Assembly (NCBI GenBank): GCA_934167685.1
Contig: CAKPLQ010000004.1
Location: 1 to 42,742, forward strand
Direction of reading: 5' to 3'
Origin: an uncultured Clostridia bacterium
Lineage (GTDB): Bacteria > Bacillota > Clostridia > TANB77 > CAG-508
DNA: 42,742 nucleotides
The notes under the pieces: model-generated
What the model was told of the DNA's origin: nothing
Seen by the model: only the letters and a program-made list of their open reading frames with translations
Databases searched by the model: none
Part shown: one piece after another, positions 15,778 through 23,946 of the stretch
Layout of the letters: every line of letters begins with the position of its first letter
Numbering within the stretch: position 1 is the stretch's first letter
Made by a program: the position numbers and the translations under genes

Positions 15778-16416
15778 ATGAAAATGTCTGAAATCTTAAA
15801 CAAAAAAGGAATCGAAGCCGAAAATCAGTACTATAACGAGCCAGCTCTGAATGGACGTTCTAGAAGAGGTGTAATCCGCAAGGAAATGCGGATATATGGC
15901 CCAACAACTTGGACAGATTCAGTTTACTCCATTGTTGGAGTAGAAATAGACACAGAAGAGAGGTCAATTAAGGTAGACTTCTTAATGGGAGCCATGCCAA
16001 TGGCCGAGAACTTGTTTCTGGCACTCCTGGCGGACAGAGATGTTCGTCGACTGATAAAAGGATATCAGGAAATAGGACGGTGCCAAGGACAAAAATATCG
16101 TGTCTGGAGCACAACAGGGATGACAGGAAGGGAAGATATATTCCTGACAACGGGCAGAACTGTTGGTGGCTTTGCAATAACCAGAACTATAAAGCTCTGC
16201 CATATCTCTCAGTTTGGAAAACTGAACGAGGGATTTGGCGACAAGGATTCTTCAATGTATGTTGGAGACTTTGTCGAATTGGCAGTCTATATGGGTCTGA
16301 CAGACGACATGTCTGTCAAAGGTTTAAGAAAAAGGGCAGGAGGTGTCAAGTATCTTAAACCGAAGTTTGCAGAAGAAATTGCTGACTTCAAAGAAGAAGT
16401 TAGCAAGATATTGTAA
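15778..16416 (+). CDS. Hypothetical protein (212 aa), compositionally foreign (GC-rich)
   Basis: AAGGAG RBS and a clean ORF followed by a strong terminator. G/C content is far above the flanks; no family recognised. Confidence 0.65.
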   Translation: MKMSEILNKKGIEAENQYYNEPALNGRSRRGVIRKEMRIYGPTTWTDSVYSIVGVEIDTEERSIKVDFLMGAMPMAENLFLALLADRDVRRLIKGYQEIGRCQGQKYRVWSTTGMTGREDIFLTTGRTVGGFAITRTIKLCHISQFGKLNEGFGDKDSSMYVGDFVELAVYMGLTDDMSVKGLRKRAGGVKYLKPKFAEEIADFKEEVSKIL

Positions 16417-16436
16417 GTAATATAGTTTTTCGAAAA

Positions 16437-16480
16437 GGCTCTATAGGATATTTTAATTAAAATATCCTATAGGGTCTTTT
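16437..16480 (+). terminator. Strong rho-independent terminator
   Basis: Perfect palindrome ctataggatatttt-aatt-aaaatatcctatag extended by G-C/G-U pairs, then TTTT. Confidence 0.8.
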
Positions 16481-16508
16481 GGTTTAAAATATTTAAATAT
16501 AAGTATGG

Positions 16509-16579
16509 CTTATGATAAATATGCAAATAATTAATTTTGCTTATTTACATAAAAATGCTATAATGTAATTATAGTAAGA
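16509..16579 (+). promoter_or_regulatory. Promoter region, paralogous copy 2 (extended -10 TGCTATAAT)
   Basis: Same ~70-nt block as 15630-15699. TGCTATAAT is at 16556-16564. Confidence 0.6.
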
Positions 16580-16639
16580 GAAATTCTTAAAAATATATTA
16601 ACAAATTTAAAAAATTAAAATAAAGAAGGATGTTGAAAA

Positions 16640-18400
16640 ATGAGAAAAACGAAGAAACAAATAATGGAAGAAATATATGAATATGCCGATAATAAAGAGG
16701 TAACAAAGTCTACAATAAGAAAATATTTAATAGAAGAGCTTAAAATGAGTAGAAGTTCGGCATATAGATTTTTAAATAAATCAGATGAAGAAGAAATTGA
16801 AATAAAAAATAGAGAAACAAAAAAACGAGATGATATAGAATATTCTGAAAAAGAATATGAAGAGATTGTAAGTAAATGTTATGAAATAATTCATTCTAAA
16901 TATGGATTAAAAAGTAATGATATGATAACTCTTAAATTAGCCAAAAGTATAGCAGAAGATGCAGGAGTCAATTGTAGATGGTTATGTTGCAATATTTTAG
17001 GAATGAACACAAATAATTATGATAAATTAGAAAGAGGAAATAGTAAGACAAGCAAAATTTCAATAGGATTAGGTTTCAAGAATCCGGAAATATCAAAAAA
17101 AGTAAAAGAATTGAGACATGAATTAATAGGTACTAAATTAGGTGAGAAATTTTCTTTGCAAGATATACAAGACTTAGCAGAAGAAAAAGAAATTCCTATG
17201 CAGATAATTTTAGAAAAAGTATTTTGCTTAACAAGAGGTCATATATATAGACTATTAAAAGGAAGCAATATTATATTTAACAATAAAAGAGAATTTATTG
17301 ATTATGAATATAATGAAGAATTAGAAGATGACAAGTTAGATACATGGATTGATGACATAAAAGAAAATAGTGAACAACCATATCAAGAATATAAGTTTTT
17401 TAAAGAAGAAGATAAAGAAGATCAATTATGGGAAAATCCTGAGTACTATTATTTAAATGCATCTAGTCAAGAAGAGTATATCGAAAGATTAAATATAAAA
17501 AGAGAAGAAATGAAAATAAGAAGGCAAAATCAAATAAAAAAATATGATGAAATGTACGAAATGTTATTAGAATCATATAAAGAATTAAATATAGCTAATA
17601 ATAAAAGTTCTTTAACTACACCAAATACCAATAAAATAATGAAGAGATATATAAAAGAAATCAAAGAAATAATCACAAGAAATCCTAAATATTATACATA
17701 TTATCCACCTAAATTAAAAATTGTAGATTTTGAAAAGATAGCTAAAGATTTTAATTTCGACACTAGCTATTTAGCTTATGAGATGTTTGGAGAGTCTCAT
17801 TATATAAGACAAAAAACAGAAGAATCAGCCTTTGAATTACCATATGAAAAATTACCATTAGCAACGGAATTTTATGAATTATTTCATACCGATATGGAAA
17901 AAGCAATAAAAAGAATTATAAGCAATATAACATCAAAAAATCGAGATACTGTTACTAATGGGCTAGAGGATGATATGATGCAAATCTTGAACATAAATAT
18001 ATTAGAAAGAGGAAATCAATTATTATTTTATGGAGAAGATAATAAAACAAAAGAAGAATATTTATCTACAATTTATAGATATTTAAAAGTAGTTTGCAAG
18101 CAAAAAGTTAGGAGTTTAAAACAATATTCAGTTTCATTAAATAAGAGAGTTAAGGAAGATTCTGATAAAGAACACGGAGATTTAATAAAAGACGAAAAAA
18201 CAAATGTTGAAAATGAGGCAACAGGGATTTTGGATATGATATCAGATGAAGAAAGTTTTGAAATAATTCAATTAATGATTCAAAATCTAAATGAAACAGA
18301 GTCAAGAGAAGAAGCATTAGCAAAAGTAGCAGAGCAATTAAAAATATCAACAAAAGAGCTTAAAGATAAATTGAATGATATTTATGAACAAATTGTATAG
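16640..18400 (+). CDS. Large Lys/Glu-rich protein with several HTH-like modules; C-terminus resembles sigma-70 region 4
   Basis: N-terminal KSTIRKYLIEELKMSRSSAYRFLNK; internal HTH-like segments; C-terminal EALAKVAEQLKISTKELKDKLNDIYEQI. AAGGA RBS. Function unknown. Confidence 0.6.
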   Translation: MRKTKKQIMEEIYEYADNKEVTKSTIRKYLIEELKMSRSSAYRFLNKSDEEEIEIKNRETKKRDDIEYSEKEYEEIVSKCYEIIHSKYGLKSNDMITLKLAKSIAEDAGVNCRWLCCNILGMNTNNYDKLERGNSKTSKISIGLGFKNPEISKKVKELRHELIGTKLGEKFSLQDIQDLAEEKEIPMQIILEKVFCLTRGHIYRLLKGSNIIFNNKREFIDYEYNEELEDDKLDTWIDDIKENSEQPYQEYKFFKEEDKEDQLWENPEYYYLNASSQEEYIERLNIKREEMKIRRQNQIKKYDEMYEMLLESYKELNIANNKSSLTTPNTNKIMKRYIKEIKEIITRNPKYYTYYPPKLKIVDFEKIAKDFNFDTSYLAYEMFGESHYIRQKTEESAFELPYEKLPLATEFYELFHTDMEKAIKRIISNITSKNRDTVTNGLEDDMMQILNINILERGNQLLFYGEDNKTKEEYLSTIYRYLKVVCKQKVRSLKQYSVSLNKRVKEDSDKEHGDLIKDEKTNVENEATGILDMISDEESFEIIQLMIQNLNETESREEALAKVAEQLKISTKELKDKLNDIYEQIV

Positions 18401-18412
18401 GAGGTAATAAAA

Positions 18413-18916
18413 TTGATAGAAATAGAAATTGGAATCATATATTTAGACGAATTAAAAAATGATGAAACTAAAGAGTTAGAAGAGCAAATAAAAATTTTTA
18501 ATGATAATTATTTAAACAATTATATTTTTTGCAAACAATATTTAATTTTTTCTAATATAAAATTAACTTCAAAAGAAGCAAGTTGTTTGGTCGATATTAT
18601 TCAAACAGATGAAGGATTTGACTTATTATATGGTAAAGGAATAGAGACAACATATGCTAGATACATAGCTTTTAAAGAAAGTGAAAATAAGAGTGATAGA
18701 GGTATAAAAGATTATATAGAAAAAGTTACGAAAATGATTGAAATTAAAGATATTAATGAAATAAATAAAAAATATGAGACAAAGGTTAAAGAGGTTGAAG
18801 AATATAAAAAAGAGATTTGGGAAAGAAATGAATTGCTAAAACAATATCACAGATTATTAAAGGATAAAGATAAAGAAATAAATGAATTACGAGAGCAGGT
18901 AAAAATAAATATTTAG
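18413..18916 (+). CDS. Hypothetical protein with a C-terminal coiled coil (TTG start)
   Basis: TAGGAGG RBS 8 nt before the TTG at 18413, only 12 nt after the upstream stop. Confidence 0.55.
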   Translation: MIEIEIGIIYLDELKNDETKELEEQIKIFNDNYLNNYIFCKQYLIFSNIKLTSKEASCLVDIIQTDEGFDLLYGKGIETTYARYIAFKESENKSDRGIKDYIEKVTKMIEIKDINEINKKYETKVKEVEEYKKEIWERNELLKQYHRLLKDKDKEINELREQVKINI

Positions 18917-18974
18917 AATAAGGTTAGAATTGATTTTTTTTAATAAGTATGATATATAAAAATGAGAAAGAAAA

Positions 18975-20318
18975 ATGAAAGGAACGAAAGAAAAAATGAA
19001 AGAAAAAGGAATTTTACTTCCAATATTTTCACTTCCAACTAAATATGGAATAGGGGATTTTGGATATGAAGCATATGAATTTATAGATATATTAAGTGAA
19101 AACAATATAAAATATTGGGAAATATTACCGATAAATGAAAGTAATAGACATCCATATTCACCTATAAGTTATTATGCATTAGAAGAAGATTATATTTCTT
19201 TAGATAAATTACAAGAACAAGGCTTAATAAAAAATGTAGAAACAAGAGAAAACAAAGACAGAGTAGTATATGATAACTTCAAACAGAAATATTATGAAGA
19301 AGCATTTAAAAATTTTAAGCCAGATAGTGAGTATGAAGAATTTATACAATTAAAAGAAATGAATGAATATGCTGAATTTTCAAGTGATAGGAGCCACTAC
19401 AAAAAGGAATACTATTTATTTCTTCAATATATTTTATACAAACAATGGATGGAATTAAAAGAATATGCAAATTCAAAAGGTATAAAAATAATAGGAGACA
19501 TGCCAGTATATCCTGTATTTGATTCAGTAGAAACCAAGTATAATCCAGAATGTTTCGAAATGAAAAATGGAAAATTCACATTTGAATCAGGAACACCACC
19601 AGACTACTTTAACGAAAATGGGCAGAAATGGAATAGCCCAGTGTATAATGTAGAAAATTTTAAAAAAGACAATTATCAATATTTAATAAAAAGATTTAGA
19701 TATCATTTAAAATTATTCGATAAAGTTAGAATTGATTACTTTAGAGGATATGACTCATTTTTCAGAATTCCAATAGGAAAAACAGGAAAAGAAGGTTCAT
19801 ATACAGACGGAGTTAGTTATGGATTTTTTGATGAGTTATTTAAAGATGGAAATATCAAGGTCGAAAATCTAATAATTGAAGACTTAGGAGAAATTAGAGA
19901 AGAAACAATAAAATTAAGACAACATTATGGATTTACAAGACAAAAAATATTACAATTTTCAATAGACTTGGACAATTTTTATGATAGAGACAATGAGAAT
20001 GAAAATGTATTAGTTTTTCCAGGAAACCATGATTGTAATACAATTTACGGATGGTATAAAACACTTGATGATGAACATAAGTGGAAATTAAAAGAATTTT
20101 TAAGAAGAAATGAATGCTATGACATTAATGTTAATATTGGAATTATGCAATATTTATTAAAGTGTAAGGCAAAAATGCCAATTATTATGATTCAAGATAT
20201 ATTGGGGCTAGATGAAAATGCTAGAATTAATGTTCCAGGAACAGAAAGTGATAAAAATTGGTCGTGGAAGTTAATTGATTTTGAAGATTTTAAGGAACGA
20301 ATTAAAGATTGGAAATAG
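18975..20318 (+). CDS. malQ: 4-alpha-glucanotransferase (amylomaltase, GH77)
   Basis: GILLPIFSLPTKYGIGDFG N-terminal signature and overall GH77-like length. The start is uncertain (alternative ATG at 18996). Confidence 0.85.
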   Translation: MKGTKEKMKEKGILLPIFSLPTKYGIGDFGYEAYEFIDILSENNIKYWEILPINESNRHPYSPISYYALEEDYISLDKLQEQGLIKNVETRENKDRVVYDNFKQKYYEEAFKNFKPDSEYEEFIQLKEMNEYAEFSSDRSHYKKEYYLFLQYILYKQWMELKEYANSKGIKIIGDMPVYPVFDSVETKYNPECFEMKNGKFTFESGTPPDYFNENGQKWNSPVYNVENFKKDNYQYLIKRFRYHLKLFDKVRIDYFRGYDSFFRIPIGKTGKEGSYTDGVSYGFFDELFKDGNIKVENLIIEDLGEIREETIKLRQHYGFTRQKILQFSIDLDNFYDRDNENENVLVFPGNHDCNTIYGWYKTLDDEHKWKLKEFLRRNECYDINVNIGIMQYLLKCKAKMPIIMIQDILGLDENARINVPGTESDKNWSWKLIDFEDFKERIKDWK

Positions 20319-20339
20319 TTGGTGAAAGGGGAAAAAACA

Positions 20340-20812
20340 ATGGCTTTTATGGGAAGAGCAGATGTTCCATCAATGGGATTTGGAAATAATTCAGATGATA
20401 ACAATACAAATCACGATAACAGAGAAAGAGAAGAAAAAAACTTTTTGGGTTAGGAATGCTGACAATGCTAATTTTTTACGGAATAAAAATAAATTTAGAT
20501 ATTACTTATACAAGAGAAAAATTTGAACAGATATATAATGAACAGAATATTAATGAAAATGCAGAGACTAAGTCTCAAATAAATGTGGAGATAAAAGGAC
20601 TTAGCATAAAATCTGAAAAAGAATACTACATTGATGAATGTATGGAATTATATAAAATTTTCAAAATAAAAACTTATGGAACACTGGGAGTAAATTTTTT
20701 ACTAAATATTTTATTAGTATTTCAAATATTTAGAATAATTGAAATTAATAATAAAAAAATTAAATTAAGCAAAGATGATGCAATATTGTTTGATGAAGAT
20801 AAAGGAGATTAA
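20340..20812 (+). pseudogene. Small membrane protein apparently split by a frameshift in an A7 run
   Basis: ORF 20340-20453 (37 aa, AAGGGG RBS) overlaps ORF 20456-20812, whose frame is open from 20420. A shift in gaagAAAAAAAc (20434-20440) would join them. Confidence 0.4.
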
Positions 20813-20816
20813 TTAA

Positions 20817-20954
20817 ATGACTGATGAATCAGTAGTATACTTAATACTATTGTTTATAATTAATAAAGATTTGGCAAATACTGATAATCCAACTAAATAT
20901 AAAGAGAATACTGATTGGTTTTATGAAGATTATGATGAAAATAAAGAAAAGTAA
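20817..20954 (+). CDS. Candidate 45-aa small protein with one hydrophobic segment
   Basis: AAAGGAGA RBS 8 nt upstream of the ATG at 20817. A terminator follows directly. Confidence 0.3.
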   Translation: MTDESVVYLILLFIINKDLANTDNPTKYKENTDWFYEDYDENKEK

Positions 20955-20984
20955 AAGAAACTACCTATTTTTAGGTAGTTTCTT
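20955..20984. terminator. Bidirectional terminator (13-bp stem)
   Basis: aagaaactaccta-tttt-taggtagtttctt. On the minus strand it lies just 3' of tRNA-Pro and is followed by T-runs. Confidence 0.7.
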
Positions 20985-21002
20985 GCACTGAAATTGATTA
21001 TA

Positions 21003-21078
21003 TGGTCGAGGCGACAGGAATCGAACCTGCGACCTCATGGTCCCAAACCACGCGCGCTACCAACTGCGCTACGCCTCG
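21003..21078 (-). tRNA. tRNA-Pro (anticodon UGG), CCA encoded
   Basis: The reverse complement folds as a cloverleaf: acceptor CGAGGCG/CGCCTCG, D-arm GCGC/GCGC, anticodon stem CGTGG/CCATG, loop TTTGGGA, T-arm GCAGG-TTCGATT-CCTGT, then ACCA. Confidence 0.92.
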
Positions 21079-21173
21079 ATAAATATTTCATTGCTAAACG
21101 CTTATATATAATAGCACAATTAAAAAATAAAATCAAGGCTTTTTTGAAAAAAATCCAAAAAAGTCCTTGATGG

Positions 21174-21857
21174 TTAATCTTTGTGTTTACCAAACAAAGA
21201 CAATATACGAAGAAAAATATTAATAAAATCTAGATACAATTCCATAGCACCATAAACATACAACTTTTCATCTTCGCAAAAACCAGCTTGTTGCATAAGT
21301 TTAATTTTATTTATATCATAAATAGTCAAACCAAAGAAAATAAGTAAAATAGCCCAGTCTAAAGCGATATCCAACATAGTACTACCAACAAAAATGTTAA
21401 TAATAGTTAGAACAATACCAACTAAAAGAGCTACAGTTAAAATATTCCCCCAATTAGAAATATCCTTGTCAGTTTTATATCCAATTAAAGATAAAACACC
21501 AAATAAAGCTGCAGTTCCTGTGAATGCATAGACAATAGAAGTCATTTCATATGCAACAAAAATTACTGATAAAGTAAGACCATTTATACAAGCATAAGTA
21601 AAAAATAAAATTGTAACAGCTGCAGGGGAAAGCTTTTTAAACAATAAAGAAAAAATTAAAACAACAGCAATCTCAACAATTCCCAAAGCTATATAACTAC
21701 CGTTTGTAAGAATGGAAATATACAGACCAGATTTGTAAACATAGAAAGCAGTTATGGCGCTTGCAAGTAAACCTAGAAACATTCTAAAAAAGGTATTTGT
21801 AAGAACTTGGTTTGTGTCAACAGTATGAATAGCATTATTATCATCATATGTCTCCAT
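21174..21857 (-). CDS. Bax inhibitor-1/YccA-family membrane protein
   Basis: Seven-helix profile with the typical N-terminal FFRMFLGLLASAITAF and C-terminal charged tail. Confidence 0.75.
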   Translation of the reverse strand: METYDDNNAIHTVDTNQVLTNTFFRMFLGLLASAITAFYVYKSGLYISILTNGSYIALGIVEIAVVLIFSLLFKKLSPAAVTILFFTYACINGLTLSVIFVAYEMTSIVYAFTGTAALFGVLSLIGYKTDKDISNWGNILTVALLVGIVLTIINIFVGSTMLDIALDWAILLIFFGLTIYDINKIKLMQQAGFCEDEKLYVYGAMELYLDFINIFLRILSLFGKHKD

Positions 21858-21971
21858 AATATCACCACCTTCATTAATATATGCAATAATTAATAAATTA
21901 TAAAATATATTGTAAATATAAAAGGAAAAAAAGTCAATAAAAAATGGGATATTAGAGTTACATTGTTACTA

Positions 21972-22035
21972 TAAAATTGCATAGAATTTCTAAAATTTCT
22001 TCATGCACATTAAAAATTTCATTCAAAACTTATAT
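21972..22035. repeat. Partial copy of the right arm of the 1-190 palindromic element
   Basis: taaaattgcatagaatttct (19/20 versus 114-133), tgcacatt at the same 32-nt offset, then cattcaaaacttat versus catttaaagtttat. Confidence 0.5.
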
Positions 22036-22066
22036 TTCTAGGTCTTATTTGCATTAATTTCATATT

Positions 22067-22312
22067 TCAAATTCCTTTATTTTTTATAAAATCAACAACA
22101 ATTCCACAAATAATAAACTCAACAGCAAAAGTAAAACTAGATTTTATTAAACTCAAACCTAAGTGATATAAGAAATTTATTCCTAAAAATATGTATATTA
22201 ATAAAATACAGACGGCTGTAAGACAAACAAGACCCGAAAATAATAAACCATATTTCATTATTTTATATGTATTTTCATCTAAATTTTTGAGTCCTCCAAA
22301 AAAATTATTCAT
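22067..22312 (-). CDS. Small membrane protein (81 aa)
   Basis: The AGGAGG RBS precedes the ATG at 22312. The longer track ORF (to 22555) only reads through the GC-rich repeat. Confidence 0.5.
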   Translation of the reverse strand: MNNFFGGLKNLDENTYKIMKYGLLFSGLVCLTAVCILLIYIFLGINFLYHLGLSLIKSSFTFAVEFIICGIVVDFIKNKGI

Positions 22313-22462
22313 AATGACCTCCTGGTAAAGAGATAGAACTCTTAAATAAAAATAAATTATCTTATAGATATAATAACATGATAGGCTCACAAAATCAAAG
22401 GAAATAAATACCAAGTATTGTAATTCAAATAAAAATATGATAGTATAAAAATCACATAGAAA

Positions 22463-22534
22463 ATGCACGGCAGAGAACCGGTCCCAAACGTGCAAAAAAT
22501 GCACCGATGAGAACCGGTCCCAACGGTGCAAAAT
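22463..22534 (+). repeat. Tandem GC-rich hairpin repeat, copy B
   Basis: atgcacggcagagaaccggtcccaaacgtgcaaaa followed by atgcaccgatgagaaccggtcccaacggtgcaaaa. It differs from 7576-7647 at only about five positions (counted by eye). Confidence 0.85.
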
Positions 22535-22548
22535 AGAAGGGAGACAAA

Positions 22549-23910
22549 ATGGCAAAAGCGAAGACGGTATTTGTATGTAGTGAGTGTGGAAATGAATCGC
22601 CTAAATGGTTGGGAAAATGTCCGGCATGCAATAGTTGGAATACATTTTATGAGCAAAAAATTGAAAAATATACTGAGACAAATAAGATAGAAAAAAAGAT
22701 AAATAATACGCCAAAGCCTTTAAGCAGTTATGTTGGGCAAGAGGCTAATAGAACATCAACAGGATATTTAGAATTAGATAGAGTATTAGGCGGAGGTTTA
22801 GTAAAAGGATCATTAATATTGCTTGGAGGAGAACCAGGAATTGGTAAATCTACATTGATTTTGCAATTATGTGAAAAAGTTCAAGGCGAAGGAAAAGTGT
22901 TGTATGTTTCTGGAGAGGAATCGGCTGAACAAATAAAGTTAAGGGCAGATAGGCTTGAAGTTAAAAATGAAGAGTTGATGTTTTTAGGAGAAACTAATAT
23001 AGATGTTATTAAAGATGCAATAGCTGACATGAAGCCTAAACTTGTAATAATAGATTCTATACAAACAATGTATTCAGACGAAATTACTGCTGCTGCAGGA
23101 AGTGTTAGTCAAGTAAGAGAAATAACAGCTCAAATTATGAGAATGTGCAAAGCTCAACAAATAACTACCATTATTATAGGTCATGTTACTAAAGAAGGAA
23201 ACATAGCTGGTCCAAGAGTTTTGGAACATATGGTAGATACGGTGTTATATCTAGAAGGAGAAAGATATAATACATATAGAATTTTAAGAGCTGTAAAGAA
23301 TAGATTTGGTTCAACAAATGAAATCGGAATGTTTGAGATGAGGCAAGAGGGAATGTGTGAAGTAACAAATCCATCTGATATATTGATAACGGAAAGAGAA
23401 GATAATCCATCAGGTTCTTGTATTTTGGCAAGTGTAGAAGGTACAAGACCAATTTTAGTAGAAGTACAAGCATTAACATCACAAACAGTATTTGGATTAC
23501 CCAAAAGAACTGCAAATGGTTTTGATTATAATAGATTAGCTGTTTTAATAGCAGTATTAGAAAAAAAGGCAGGATTATCACTTGGAAATCAGGATGTATA
23601 TTTAAATGTTGCAGGAGGAATGAAAATTTCTGAACCAGCAGCAGATTTAGGAATTATTGCAACAGTGGCATCATCATATAAAAATGTGCCAATCTCTCAA
23701 TCTACCGTAGTTATGGGAGAGGTTGGTTTAACAGGAGAAGTAAGACGAATAAATTTAATAGAAAAAAGGTTGAAAGAAGCAGAAAAATTGGGATTTAAGA
23801 CATGTATTATTCCGGGAAATAATAAAAAAGGCTTGAAAGATGACTATAAATTAGATATAATAGGTGTCAAGAATATAGGGGAAATGCTAAGAATACTTAA
23901 AATTAAGTAA
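22549..23910 (+). CDS. radA: DNA repair protein RadA/Sms
   Basis: N-terminal Cys4 zinc finger CSECGNESPKWLGKCPACNSW, Walker A GEPGIGKST, KNRFG motif, Lon-like C-terminus. Confidence 0.93.
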   Translation: MAKAKTVFVCSECGNESPKWLGKCPACNSWNTFYEQKIEKYTETNKIEKKINNTPKPLSSYVGQEANRTSTGYLELDRVLGGGLVKGSLILLGGEPGIGKSTLILQLCEKVQGEGKVLYVSGEESAEQIKLRADRLEVKNEELMFLGETNIDVIKDAIADMKPKLVIIDSIQTMYSDEITAAAGSVSQVREITAQIMRMCKAQQITTIIIGHVTKEGNIAGPRVLEHMVDTVLYLEGERYNTYRILRAVKNRFGSTNEIGMFEMRQEGMCEVTNPSDILITEREDNPSGSCILASVEGTRPILVEVQALTSQTVFGLPKRTANGFDYNRLAVLIAVLEKKAGLSLGNQDVYLNVAGGMKISEPAADLGIIATVASSYKNVPISQSTVVMGEVGLTGEVRRINLIEKRLKEAEKLGFKTCIIPGNNKKGLKDDYKLDIIGVKNIGEMLRILKIK

Positions 23911-23946
23911 ATAAGTATTAAAACTTTAAGGAGGTAGAGCACAACA

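Noticed and set aside
15968-16358. Three overlapping ORFs (69, 73 and 92 aa) inside or opposite the 212-aa gene.
   Set aside because: They have no RBS and are a by-product of the locally high GC content, which removes AT-rich stop codons. The 212-aa frame has an RBS, a leader and a terminator.
22313-22656. Long minus-strand ORFs (22067-22555 extension and 22387-22656) across the radA upstream region.
   Set aside because: The extensions read through the GC-rich repeat; the same pseudo-peptide FCTVGTGS..RCIF appears antisense at the other copy. The true small gene starts at 22312 after an AGGAGG.
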